Origin: Conidiobolus incongruus B7586
Lineage: Eukaryota
DNA: 46,209 nucleotides
Assembly: GCA_000697335.1 (NCBI GenBank)
Contig: JNEM01013894.1
Coordinates: 1-46,209, forward strand
Direction: 5' to 3'
Within the stretch, counting starts at the first letter, position 1, and each line of letters opens with the position of its first letter. Both the position numbers and the translations under genes were made by a program. Shown one piece after another: positions 1-12,845 of this stretch. The notes below the pieces were generated by a model. That model had not been told where the DNA came from, made no database searches, and was given only the letters and a program-made list of their open reading frames with translations.

Positions 1-524
1 TATTAACCAATAGTTAATAAAATATAATTAAATATAGCTAGTTATAATTAATTAATATAGGTAAATTATATATTTTAACTTAAATTCATTTAATTAAGAG
101 TTATTTAACATAGTAATAAATATATAAGTAATTTTAATTTTATAACTTATTTTTATAGGCTAGTATATATATATATATATAATATATTAATAAAAAGTAT
201 CAATAATACAATAAAAACAAAAATCACCTTATATTTAAGAAAACCTAGATAATTAATATTATTCAAAGATTATTAATACACTATTTAAAACAAAAGATAA
301 GTATTATATTTATTAGTTTGATTATAAATATATATATATATATATAATCCTTATAAATTTAATATTATATAAAAGATTATTATAATTAATAATGATAAAG
401 TTAAATAATATATTAGGCTATTTAAGATAAACATATATTATTAATTATAAAGAATAGTATTAGTTTAAAATATTTTATTAAAAACAACTATCTTAAAAAT
501 AAAAAAAAATTAAAAATAATATTA

Positions 525-1845
525 CTCTATATTTTTAATAATAAGAATTTTTATGATTCAAAATAAATATATATTTTAATATATAATATATAATATATAA
601 AAATAAATATATAATATAAATTTAATAGTTTTTTTTATTATTAATGACTTTTTGCTTTACTTTTAGCAACAATCTAACACCTAAAAAATAGTTTGTTTTA
701 TTAAAGACTAAAGTTTGATGTTTTACAAATTAATTAAATTTCCTTGCAAAAATTTTCTTTCTTGCAAGCTGGTTTTTTAATTGTCTAAAGCAATTATAAT
801 TATATAGGTTATAATCTAAAGAGTATACTAGATATGGTAGTTTTTTCCAGTTATTTTTAATTAGAAAGTTTTTAATAGCTTTAGATTAATATATTTTGCA
901 ATTATCATGCAAAATAATAGGTTTTTTTAAATTATATTGAAAACACCAATTAGAAATACTTTTATTTAAAAAAGCAATATCAAGTTTACTATTAATTGAT
1001 TTTCCTTCAGGAATTAAATAAGAGTAGCATATACTATTATAATCTATTATAATAATTAACATTTGCTTATTAACAAAATACTTATTTAAAGGGATTTGTA
1101 AAAGGGGTTGATTTAGCTTAGTCTAGCATTTTAATTTGTGTTTTGGTAAAAGATTATATATCAGGATTTTAGATTCATCAATTGTAATTATTCATTGTAT
1201 AAGTTTAAGCTTTTGGTAATATTTTAGTAAGTTTTATTTAATAATAACTACTCTAGCTTTTTTTAAGCTTTAGTTAAATTATAAGGTATTTATTTTATAT
1301 TTTTATTTATTAATTTGAGTTTAAACTTTAATATATATAAAATATTTGTAAAACTAATATTAAAGTACTTAGATAATTCTTTAGCTAAAATAAAAAGGTA
1401 CTTTTCAATATATTTTTTCACTCTATTAACAATTAAAAAAATAACAGTTAAAATTAGTTTTTTAGATTTTAGTAAGTTTTAGATAGTTTTACTCCTAGTT
1501 TTAAAATAATTTACCTAGTGATAAATTGTTGATTTAGATAATGCTTCATTAGCAAAAATTACTTGTAAATTTTAAATAATTTTAAAGGGTTTATGGTTAA
1601 GTTTTACTAATACTAAAATAAAAAACTTTTGATGATCATTATTCTGTTTAATTATGATTAAATTAAACAACCAATTTTAAAAAATTAATTTTTTAATCAA
1701 AAAAATTAATATATATATATATATATATTTTAAAAATATATAATTTCCTATTAACTTTGTATATATTTATTCATTTCAAACTAATAATATATTTAAAAAA
1801 TCAGAAATTAAAAAATTTCCTATTATTTCAAATTTAAGATAATAG
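525..1845 (-). mobile_element. Degenerate mariner (Tc1/mariner, DD34D) transposon, copy 1; transposase pseudogene at about 640-1640
   Basis: Minus-strand translation by hand gives mariner motifs in order: FANEALSKSTIYH*VNYFKT (HTH), *IPYNLTKA*KKARV (WVPHEL-like, ~1250-1295), IITIDES (~1171-1190), LHDNCK (~895-912) and WKKLPYLVYSLDYNLYNY (WEVLPHPPYSPDLAPSDY-like, ~795-850). Exactly 34 residues separate the HDN Asp from the last catalytic position (now AAT). Element ends are approximate. Confidence 0.85.
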
Positions 1846-3104
1846 TTATATATAAAGTATCAAAATAATAAAAAATATGTAATAATTTAATAAAAAGAAA
1901 ATATATATTTTCAATTATTAGAATTTTATTTTCAATAGAATTATTATTTAGCTATATATTTAGATATGAAATTTTATAAAAATCTTTAGAAATAATTTAT
2001 TTCAATATTAAACTGTTATATTGATCTAATTTTCCATATATTCAAATAATTTCTTATTTAAATATATTATTTTTTTCAATTTTTAGATATATTAATATAT
2101 TTAATAGATATCCAAATATAAATATAATTTAAATTATTTTTAAGAATAAAAATAACAAGATATATAATTTACCTATCTATATTCACTCTATATTAAAATA
2201 TTAAAGGAATCATATTCTTTAAAAACAAAATATATATTTTCAATTATTAGAAATTTTATTTTCAATAGAATTAATATTATCATTATTATTATTATTATTA
2301 TTATTTCCTGAGTTTGAAAAATTAGATTTACCAATTTTATATTTAAAATATAACAAAATAAATAAACCATAAGTAAAAGAAATATAAATCCAAAAATAAA
2401 TAATTAATAATTTATATGTTTTCAAAAACTAAATTGCATACTAATGGCAATCACTTAACCCTTTTACATAGGTTTATGTAAATGACCTTAATTACTCTAT
2501 TATTTTAGAAATATCATCAAACTCTTTACTTGAATCAAAATCTTTAACTTACCAATTCAATCACAATTACAGACATTCGTATCTGCCAAATATGATTAAT
2601 TTGGCAATAAAGTCTAATTCTTTTAAATCGACAAATTATTTGTAATTTTTGCTATACGAATATAGCTATTATCATATAGATTATATGGCTTTTAATTATA
2701 TTTTTCTTACCTTAATATATAGCATTAGTTTAAAAATATCTACAATATATTCTACTATTACTATTTATTTTTGTTGATAACAATTAATGGAATACTTAAT
2801 CATTAATATTTATAATTAATGTTATTATTTGAGTTATTAAATGATTTTCTTTAGAATTTGTAATAGTAGTTGTGATCTTTTAAACCAAGCGCTCATTTTA
2901 TTTCTTATCTATGAATTATATAAAAAAACCCAAAATCTATCTATTTTAGTATATATTTAAGTTTAATAGAAATAGAGTTATAATAGTATATATTTATATC
3001 AGTTATATATCTTCTATTATCGATTTAATTTAAATATAAAGTATAAGGTACTCATACTAATCATTTTCAACTAATTTTAAACTATCTTTGAGTATAGTAA
3101 TAAT

Positions 3105-3541
3105 AAAATTAATATTAAAAAATAGAAATTGTGCTAGCTCTTTTCTGAGATATATAGGTGATATTCAAAATATTTCATAAATTTATTTATATTGTTTTAT
3201 TTAGTTATAAATTTAAGATAGCTTAAATAAGATAGGTCTTTTATATAAGATCTTCTAGCATTTAGTTGATTAAACCAGTTTGCCATTCTATATTTTGAAA
3301 CCCTTTTGCCGTCAGTTGCTACTTGTGTATCTTTATGAATAATATAAAATGATTAATATAATATGATATTTTGATAACTGTTATTTGTTTAACTGATATA
3401 AAATTTGAAATTCTGTGGTTTTCAGTTATTTTATTTTTGGTTGTAAATCTCTTATAAAGGTATATTATATATATAGTGAATATGATGAATTATTAGGTAA
3501 CTTATTGTAATTCAAAATAATGCTAAAATTTAGATATTATA
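3105..3541 (-). mobile_element. Fragment of a second mariner-like family (5' part of transposase, HTH); near-identical to 12846-13282
   Basis: ~437 bp direct repeat at an offset of 9741 bp with only scattered substitutions. Minus strand of the 12846-13282 copy reads KQRTVIK...VSKYRITNWFNQLKAGRSYIKDL, resembling the mariner N-terminal/HTH W..RFK.GR.SLED.PRSGRP region; this copy differs by a few substitutions. Confidence 0.65.
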
Positions 3542-5149
3542 TAATTAATCTATAATTTATTATATAATTATTGGAAATTATTTTATCAACCATATCTTAT
3601 CTGTTAAGATAAAAATTGGAAAAATTCTTAAATATTGATCTATATTGATCTTAAAAAACTTTAGCAAATTTAAAATATAATTTATATATAACTGTTAAAT
3701 AAAAATAAGCTATATTAAAATACATATATTGATTTAAAACTTTACTTTTATTATGATACTTTAAAAATTATTTAGTCTTAAAAAATATATAAATATAATA
3801 TAAACCTCCAAAAACTTTGTTATTAATATTTTTAAAACTTAATTTTAGATCATTCAAAATTACAAAAGGACTACAAAAGCTTTTAAAGATAATATTTTAT
3901 TTGAAGTTATAATTTAATATTAGATATGTTTTTTTTTCAATAATACTAGATATTTTATAATATTATCCAAATTTCAAATATTAATTTTTATTATTATTTT
4001 ATTTAATTCTTAATATAGCGAAGAATATATATTTAATATCCATTTTTATTTAATTAAATGATTATCAAAAAAACTAAAAATAGTTCAATAAATATAATAG
4101 ATATATTTTTATTTAAATTTAAATTAAACAAAGAAAATAAAGAGCAAATACTATTTAATTAAAAAAAGTTTAGAAATAGCTCAGATAGCTATAGCTAAAC
4201 TTATCTTATTAAGATATAATTTCAAACAAACGATATTATATTATAATATAATAGTTAATAAATATTAAATTTTTTGATGTAACTTTTATAATATAAAGTA
4301 AAATATATGGTTAAGTAAAAATAATCACTGTTTTAATTCTGATAGATAAATATTTTCTTTTTATTTAGTTATTTATTTCAATGAATTAAAATATTCTATG
4401 TTTTTTTATTTAAATTATGAATATAAATCAAATAATAGCAAGTTTTTTATATCATAAGTAAAAAAACTATAAATCAATGTTTTGATTATAAATTAAAGAT
4501 ATTTATTATTATATATATTAATTATATATTATATAATTAGAACTATTATATTTTTTATAATCAAATAATAGTAATTATTATATTTAATATATTTATCATA
4601 CTAAGACCTGTTAAGTTAATAAAAATTTAAGGATTAAAAATATATATTTATAAGTAAATACTTATAAATATATTAAATTTAATTAAAAATAGTTTTAAAT
4701 TATAATAATTAAGTTAGTATATTAAATACTAAATATTAAGTAATATTATAAAAAAATCATTATTAATGAGAACAATATATTAATTATATATTATTTAATA
4801 TTATATATAAAAATTATATATTAAAAGTTAAATTTGAGTATAAAATAATATAATAATTTAATATTAATTAAAAAATTTAAAAATCTTAAATATTATTGCT
4901 TATTATCTTTAATCAAATATAAATAATTCATTTTGGAAAATAATTAAATTATTTAATATTAACCCTAAATCTGTTATTTCCAAAATTTATCAATAACTTT
5001 ATAAAATAAATATATAAATTAAGCTTTTATTAATTATATTTAAATATTTTCATATTATAAATAAAATAGCTTATAGCCTATATATTAATTTAACTATTTT
5101 ATATTAATTATTTATAATATTAATATATTACACCAAATTTAAAATATTA

Positions 5150-6410
5150 TAAGTTTATTAACAATAAATACAACCAATAATTTTAATATTTAATTTAGAA
5201 AAATGAATATATATTATAGAATCAATATTTTTTTATTATTAATGACTCTTTGCTTTTACCTTGGTAAGCTTTTAACACCTCAAAAACATTTTTTTTAAAC
5301 ATGACTAAAATTGAAAATTTTTAAAATTAATTAAATACTTTAAAGGAATTATTTTATTATAAATTGATTTTTTATTAAATAAATCAATTATAAATATATA
5401 TGTTATAATTTAGAAAATATATTTAAAATAATAATTTTAAATAATATTAATTAGAAACATTTTTAAACTTTAGTTTTTTATTTTATTTTTATTATTTAAA
5501 ATAATAAGTATTGTTAAATTATATTAAAAATAACAATTAAAAATAGTTTTCTTTAAAAAGCAATATAAAATTTATAGTTAATTAATTTTCCTTTAAAAAT
5601 AAAATAAAAATCATATATATTATTATAATTTATAATAATAACTAATATTTACTTATAAATAAAATATTTATTTATTTAAATTTGAAAAGGGGATTATTTA
5701 AACTTAACATTTTAATTTATATATTATTAAAGACTTATATAAAAGGATATATGATTTATTAACTCTAATAACTTATTATAAACACTCTAGCTTTTAGTTA
5801 TACCTTAATAAGTTTTATTTAACTACAGATAATTTAATTTTTTTGAGTTTCAATTAAATTATATAGTAATTATTTTTTATTTTTATTAAATAATTAAGTT
5901 TAAGCTTTAATATATATTATCCTTATATAATTAATATTAAAATACTTTAATAATTTTTTTCATTAAAATAAAAATTATTAATTTATATTTTTAGTTTATT
6001 CATAATTATAAGTGTAATAGTTAAAATTAGATTTTTAAATTTTGGTAAGTTTTAAATAATTTTTCTTCAAGCTTTAAAGTATTTTAACTAATAAAAAATA
6101 TTTTATTTGAATAAAATATTATTATTAAAAATTGCTTGTAAATTTTAAATGATTTTAAAAAGTTGTGGTTAAGTTATACTAATACTAAAATAAGACTCTT
6201 GATGATTATTATTTGATTTAAGCATAATTAAATTAAACAATTAATTTTTAAAAGTTAATTTTTTAATGAAGAAAATATTATATATATATATTTTAAAATT
6301 GTTTACTATCCTATTTATTCTATATACATTTTTTCTGAACCTAATAATATGTTTGAAAAATCAAAAATTAAAAAATTTCTCAATTCTTCAATTCCACGTT
6401 AATAAATAAA
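5150..6410 (-). mobile_element. Degenerate mariner transposon, copy 2 (more heavily mutated homologue of 525-1845)
   Basis: Colinear with copy 1 over ~1.2 kb (e.g. 631 ttttttattattaatgact vs ~5230; 1600-1710 vs 6170-6275). The YSPD motif reads TAT TTT CTA AAT here versus TAC TCT TTA GAT in copy 1. Ends approximate. Confidence 0.75.
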
Positions 6411-6456
6411 GTATTAAAGATAAATGTGACAAATTTTTTGTATAATTAATTAGGAT

Positions 6457-7890
6457 TTATAATTCATCAAAACCCTCATCATCTTGGACTTGAATGGGAA
6501 CAACTTGATAAAATTTAGTTAAAATTTTGACACTGTCTTGAAGATCTTTGATACCGATAACTTCACGGATAGCATTTTTGGAGAGTTGACCAGTTCCAAA
6601 GTCGACTGTTGAAACTCCGAGGAGAGAGGAAAGAGCTGATCCAAAGGTTGAACGTTCGCTAAGGTTATTACGATGAGCTTTACGTTGCAACGTGACGTTA
6701 GCAGACTTGGCAACTGTGTTAATGTGAGATGAGGTAGCAGAGTTGGTGGCATACTTTGTACCATAGTTGTAACCAATGAAGGGTCCACCATTCAAATGGA
6801 TCAAATTTTCGCTTTCGTAGAAAGAAACACCGGCAGGGTTATACGCGTGACCTTGTTCAGTGGAAACTAATAGAGAATCAGCAAGTGCTTGTTCTTGCAA
6901 AGAACTATCAGTGGATGAATTGGTGAAGGTAATACGTTTGAGAATTGAGGGTAAGAAAGTGGATTTGGCACCTTGGTAGGATGAACTACCAACTTTTTCG
7001 TGATCGAATTGGACAAAGACGCGAACTCGGCTATCTTTCTTCAAACTGTCGTCGCTGGTACTATCGACTAAAGCTCTGAGACCAGCATAAGTCATAGCGA
7101 GAGAATCAAGACGATGCCCAGTAATGACATCACCAGTTGCAAGACTGATAACTGCGTGATTGAGATCATAAAGAGCTAGATCTTGATCAACAATTTGCTG
7201 AGGTTTGATTTTATATTCTTCAGCAAGAAGTTGATGGACAAAAAGGGTATTGTTAATAGCGTTGGGCGCATTCAAAGTACCAGCAATAGGAACAAGTTCA
7301 GTTTCAGGATTAATATTGAAACCTTGAGAATCAATAGTTTTATCCAAGTGAATGGCTAACGTGGGAATACGGAATATGGGTCTGTTAATATTGACGAGCT
7401 TATTCACATAGTGGTTGGGTTTATCTTCGAGCACTAATCTACCAGCGAGTCCAAGATCACGATCAAACCATGAGTACCAGGCGCCATCGCCATAAGTGGC
7501 AAAGCCAGCTTGAAGATATTGCTTTGTGCTCTTGTTGTATTTAGGTTTGAGACGCAGAGATGGAGAATCATCGTGAGAAGCAATGATGCTAAAACCATTA
7601 CCAGGCCTGTATTCGCCACCAACAGAGAAGGCGACCAGAGAAGATTTACCACGAACAATGTAATATTTACCACTGGGCTTGACCTGGTCCTTCCAATTGC
7701 TCTTCTCACTCAATCTCTTATAACCAGCTTTCTCCAGACGTTCTTGACTACTGGCGACAGAGTGATAAACAGAAGGAGAAGAGTTTACATAATTAATGAA
7801 ATCAGAAATGACATCCGATTTTTCTGGATAAGAATTATTTTGAGCAATAATTGAGCTTACTATTAAGGATAATATTGAGCAATATTTCAT
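6457..7890 (-). CDS. M18-family aspartyl-aminopeptidase homologue, type A1: signal peptide, degenerate metal site, C-terminal FDEL
   Basis: Intronless 477-aa ORF. M18 motifs ASHDDSP, YSWFDRDLGLAGR, IPTLAIHL, RLDSL, FDHEKVGS, STEQGHA, LSKNAIRE. Hydrophobic N-terminus MKYCSILSLIVSSIIAQ; ends DDEGFDEL. Confidence 0.93.
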   Translation of the reverse strand: MKYCSILSLIVSSIIAQNNSYPEKSDVISDFINYVNSSPSVYHSVASSQERLEKAGYKRLSEKSNWKDQVKPSGKYYIVRGKSSLVAFSVGGEYRPGNGFSIIASHDDSPSLRLKPKYNKSTKQYLQAGFATYGDGAWYSWFDRDLGLAGRLVLEDKPNHYVNKLVNINRPIFRIPTLAIHLDKTIDSQGFNINPETELVPIAGTLNAPNAINNTLFVHQLLAEEYKIKPQQIVDQDLALYDLNHAVISLATGDVITGHRLDSLAMTYAGLRALVDSTSDDSLKKDSRVRVFVQFDHEKVGSSSYQGAKSTFLPSILKRITFTNSSTDSSLQEQALADSLLVSTEQGHAYNPAGVSFYESENLIHLNGGPFIGYNYGTKYATNSATSSHINTVAKSANVTLQRKAHRNNLSERSTFGSALSSLLGVSTVDFGTGQLSKNAIREVIGIKDLQDSVKILTKFYQVVPIQVQDDEGFDEL

Positions 7891-7999
7891 TATATTTAAA
7901 TTATTAAATAAGATATATAAATTTCAAGTTCTTGAGGATAAAGTTCTGAATTCTGCTAATTCACTCAAATATTGTAATTTCAATATAATTCGATCACAT

Positions 8000-8050
8000 T
8001 TAACTATTTATACCATCAATTTAACAACTTAAAGGAATCTTATAAAATCT
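8000..8050 (-). promoter_or_regulatory. Conserved promoter blocks of A1: AGATTTTATAAGATT and TATA box GGTATAAATAGTTAA
   Basis: Two exact 15-mers (8036-8050 and 8000-8014, minus strand) occur in the same order upstream of paralogue A2 (17973-17987, 18020-18034). Confidence 0.6.
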
Positions 8051-9677
8051 TTTGTAATCTTTATATTTTAAATCTTTAACTCGGCTTTTATATGAAATTA
8101 TGTCTTGAAAAAGTAAATTTAACCTTGAGAAAATAAAAAAATTATATATATCACAATTTAAGAAAAATAATATATATTTAATAATATTAAATTTCAATAT
8201 CAAAGCTTTTTACAAAATATTAATAATAACAATAACTTTAGATTCTATTAATTAAAATTATTTGAATAACATCAAAAATTCTTATGAATTCTAATTGATG
8301 GATGAATCGATATTCTAATTCAAATTCCTTCTCTTACTCATAATATTTGATCTATTCTAGTGAATATTCAAAAAAAAATTCAAATGATTTGATTTGATAT
8401 CATATTGATAATATGGTGTTATTCTACACAATTATATTGTTGTTATTATTTTGATTTTTATATGACAAAAACATTAAAAAGGCAAAGATAAAAGTATAAC
8501 AAATGCAAATTTTTATATTTAAATTTTAGAATTATAAAATTTAATTGATGGATTTTCAAATAAATTAGTATTTGATATCGAAGGATATATTAATTGTATC
8601 CATTGAATCTTATATATTGTTAAAATTAAATTTAAATTACAATAATAATTAATAGTCAACACTTTATTGGATATATATACATATTATCTATTTTAACCAA
8701 TTTTACCGCCATCAAAAAATACCTTATTTTTTATTATAACTAAAATTTGAATTATTTTAATTTAATTGAATAATTTGATCTATTTTATAATATTTCAACT
8801 TGAAGTATTGAAATTGCGGTTCAAGCCAATATGATCGAAATTATTCGATCAATATTATTAAATTCACAGAAAACATTTTAAGTTCAAGTATAAGATTGGT
8901 GAATATTAAAATCAGTACAACTACGATCAATATGATAAGATAAAGAAACTTATTTTTAGTATCATTCAAGCAACTAGTATATTCATTATATTAACGAAGT
9001 GACATGACCCAAATTGAGATCACTTTATTTAAACGGACTAGTTAAATGAATCCAAATGATATTATCCACTATGAATAGTATCATGTTTTTCAATGTTTTT
9101 TCCACTTTAATACATTATCATATGAGGAATTCATATGATTTCTTGCATTTCATATCCGAACTTGGATACTAAATCAAGTGACTTTGAGTCATATATTTCG
9201 ATCATTTGAATTATTAGTCATTTTATTAAATATTTGGATTAAATACCAAACAATTAAGGAGTTTAACTCAATGATATATTATATTAACCATTAATAAATA
9301 AATATAATAAATTATTAAATATATAGGTTAAACATTGAATAAGTAAATTTAAATATACAATAAATAAAATATAATTGAATTGAAAATTTTTGGATTAATA
9401 AATTCAAATTTATTTATGCTTTATTTTAAAAAAAAGCTTATTACTTTACATATCAACTGATCAGTGTATTGGCAGAAAAACTAGCTCATAAAGTTCTAAA
9501 ATGGATTGATAGTTGTGATTCTATTAATCAACAATTTTCAATATTCTACTTATTTAAAAGAGTCATATTGAAACACCATAATGAAATTGAAAGAAAATAA
9601 TTAGGACAAAACTTTGTTTACATGCTTTATATTGATCGATTTTCAATAGTTTAGTTAGAATCGAATAACTAACAAGA

Positions 9678-9945
9678 TGATATTGTGAGATTCCAAAGTG
9701 CTACCCTTGACACCATTTCTAACCTCGGGTTTCTGTTCTATAAGGAGCCTTTACCTTAATTGACCACTACTTGCGACATATGTTGTAATATCAATCAGCC
9801 TTAATGGTTAAATCCAATGACTTATTCCAAACACTGCTTTAGCCAATAAACCCTCAAATACACTTGTCATTATTAGGTAACAGCAACAGCCATTGCACCT
9901 CACATTACTACATCCATAATACCCATAGAGAAACTATAATATTAA
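9678..9945 (+). mobile_element. ~267 bp dispersed repeat, solo-LTR-like; inverted copy at 14422-14687
   Basis: Near-identical reverse complement at 14422-14687. Starts TGATATTGT, and the far end matches its reverse complement imperfectly (ATAATATTA here, ACAATATTA in copy 2, i.e. a decayed TG...CA). Internal AATAAA at ~9845. GC-richer than flanks. No target-site duplication found. Confidence 0.55.
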
Positions 9946-10155
9946 AAATATATATTAAAATACTAATTTTTAATCTTTATTATAAATATTATTAATAATA
10001 AATAAAAAAATTTTTAATTATATTAATAAATAATAAAATTAAAATACTAAAATATTAAGGAAATAATTAAAAAAAATTATTTTTATTATTATTATCATTT
10101 TATTAAAATTTAAAATTTAATTTAAATAGATTTGAATTAAAAAAATTAATTAAAA

Positions 10156-11671
10156 TTATTCATCAATATCTGAGTCTAATTGGCGACTGATTTGAGGGAA
10201 GTTGCGGAAATAGCTTGTGAAGAGGTCTCGAGCTTTGAGTACATCTAAAGTACCTGAAATTTCACGAGCGGAGTGCATAGAAAATTGTGTGTTACCAATA
10301 TCAACAGTGGGAATACCGCTTAAGGTACTAAGGATGGGACCAATGGTGGAACCGGGAGAACCATCGTTACGGTTGAGGAAGGTTTGAACGGTAATGTTAG
10401 CAGCTCTAGCAGCCAATTGAAGGACTAAGCCAGTATGAGCGTTGGTGGAGTATCTTTGGCCAAGGTGAATCTTCAAAGCAGGTCCTTCGTTGATGACAGG
10501 AGCGTTGTTGCTTTCAATCTTGGTGGGGTAGTTAGGATGTTGAGCGTGACCTTGGTCAGCAGAAACAAGGAAAGATTTGGCAATGCCTTGATCATAAACG
10601 GTAGGATCTTGTCCAGGTCTAGATTGTGAACTGACAACTCTTGAGATAATATTGGGGAGGAGAGTTGAACCAGCACCGTGGCGAGAACTACTTCCAACTT
10701 CTTCGTGATCGAAAATGGCAGCAACACGAACATTGGGATCGCTCTTGAGGCTATTATCAGTCAAACTGTGTAAAAGACCTTCAATGGCACCATATGACAT
10801 CATTAAGTTATCTTGACGACCTGAAAGAACGAATTCGTTACGGAAACCTCCTAATGTGGGCTTTTGTAAATCATAAGCACTTAATTCAAATCCAGAGATC
10901 TTATCAACTGGAACGCCAGCTTGGGCAGCAACTTGATTCCACAGCAATTTGCCAGCATCTACCTTGTTATTGGCAGCATTGCTCAAACCAACAAGAGGAA
11001 CTAAGTTAGTTTCCTTGTTGATCTTAATGAATGTAGTCTTAGAGTTAGCAGTATTCAATTCAACCGGTAAACCGGGAATATAGAGAACAGGCTTGTTGAT
11101 GTTGATCAATTTGGACTTGTATTTATTTCCATCTTGAACAATTACTTTACCAGCAAGGCCCAAGTTACGATCAATCCAAGTATGCCAGATACCACCACCA
11201 TAAGTTTCGACACCAGCAGTGCTGAAGCCATCCTTAGTCTTGGACCAGTTAGGCTTCAACTTAAGTTGAGGAGAATCAGTATGAGTACCAGCAATAGTAA
11301 AACCATTTCCAGCAACATATTCACCACCAACAGCAAAAGCAACTAAACTGGCGCCATTTCTAATGATATAATATTTCCCATTAGGTTGAATTTCCTTTTC
11401 CCAATCCCTAGTTTCACTAAGTCTCTTGAAGCCTTGAGCCTTCAATCTCCTGGAAGCTTCTTCAACTGCATGGAAGGGACTAGGAACTGATTGAGTCAAG
11501 AAATTGACATAATCTTGACCTACTTCGTAGAATTGGCCAGCGTCAATGTTCTATAATTAATAAATAAATAATTGGTGATAATAATAATATATGATTATTT
11601 TAAAGTACCTGTCCAGCAATAAAATGAGTTAAACTAAGTAAAATAGAAGTAAGTGAAGGATTGATCCACAT
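10156..11671 (-). CDS. M18-family aminopeptidase, type B1: signal peptide, intact dimetal site, His170->Glu; 2 exons (11671-11609, 11550-10156), 485 aa
   Basis: Exon 1 reads MWINPSLTSILLSLTHFIAGQ. A phase-0 GT..AG intron at 11608-11551 joins it to exon 2 (NIDAGQFYEVGQDYVNFLTQSVPSPFH...), in frame with the ORF track. Motifs GTHTDSP, RQDNL, FDHEEVGS, SADQGHA, GPALK, GSTIGP, SMHSARE; IPGLPVEL in place of IPxLAIHL. Confidence 0.93.
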
Positions 11672-11716
11672 AATTAAATACAAATTCTATTTTTGATCAA
11701 ATATTAAATTCAGATA

Positions 11717-11740
11717 TTGGGAAATTGATTAGCTTATATA
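11717..11740 (-). promoter_or_regulatory. Core promoter of B1: TATATAAGCT-N5-ATTTCCCAA
   Basis: The same two blocks with the same 5-nt spacing lie upstream of B2 (21156-21179, TATAAAAGCT-GTTGT-ATTTCCCAA). Confidence 0.55.
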
Positions 11741-12845
11741 TATACTCGAATCACATTCCCAAATTGCTCTCTTGATACAAAACTCATAATGAGGATTGCG
11801 AAAGTTTTCATTTGTTTGAATTGAATAATTTGATAATGTTTAAATTTTAAGTGTAATTTCTATAATAATAATAAGCCAATAATTACTGATTATTTCAATC
11901 TTATAGGATTAAAAAATATTAATAAAAATTTAGAAAAATTAATTTAAAATTACGATATATCATGTGATAACTCTTATTTAACTAAACATAAATTATTTAT
12001 TCCAGTTTTTGTATTTATTTTATATTAATATATAATTACCTTTTATATCAATTATATTTAAATAATTATTGAAAAGATATAAAAATTATCCAATTTTGAA
12101 AATTATTATATATTATTGTATGTTAAAGATTTTAACTTTTTAAATCAGGTCATAATATATGTAACAATTGTTGCAACAATTTTTTAACATTTGTTATTAA
12201 TATAATTATTGTGAGATATTAAACAAATTAATATTTTTACCAATCATCGTGGGATAATCATATAACATTAATTAAACCAAAAATATTCACTTCATTAATA
12301 ACATAATAAATTAATTAATTATTGTTATTTCAAAAGAGTTATAATGAAAATATAAATATAATAAATGATGGCTTTAAAGTTGATTTTATTTATAGATATA
12401 TTAAAAACTATTAACATATTTAATATTATTAATATCAAAATTTGTTTACCTGAAATAGAATATTCTTTTAAATTCCTATTTATTAACAGAGTTAATAATA
12501 ATCTAGATTCAGCAAAAAATTTTTGATCTTAATGGTTGTAGTTGAAGGTTTTTAAGGAATTATGATTTAAATTATAAGAAACAGTTTCTTCAATTGTTTC
12601 ATTTCTATTTTATAATATTATTAATATTTGCATCATTGTTTAGTGTAATATAATTATTGTCAATATATATTGAGCAGATATATCCAACTAATTTCTTTAA
12701 CGATTCAACAATCATCCCCAATATTGGACATCATTTGTTTTTTTCCAAATTTGACCATTTTCAAATGAGATACAATTTTTATATTTTAAAATTCAAAAAT
12801 TTTAAATATAATTTAAAAAATAATATACAATTTCATAATTAAAAG

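Noticed and set aside
1895..2425. Short ORFs 2188-2370 and 2240-2425 and a ~50-bp local duplication (~1897-1945 / ~2227-2278)
   Set aside because: Low-complexity AT and (ATT)n sequence; no recognisable domain or coding-like composition.
3760..3860. Minus-strand text NNKVFGGL resembling the Pif1/Helitron helicase PFGG motif
   Set aside because: No neighbouring helicase motifs could be recovered; may be chance in very AT-rich DNA.
6519..7854. Alternative-frame and antisense ORFs overlapping the M18 genes (also 10435-11346, 18394-19629, 21809-22398)
   Set aside because: Shadows of biased codon usage in the real genes; no independent motifs.
10156..11499. ORF-track starts for B1 (11499) and B2 (21471) implying N-terminally truncated or pseudogenised proteins
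   Set aside because: These are TTG codons inside exon 2; a signal-peptide exon and a conserved intron complete both genes.
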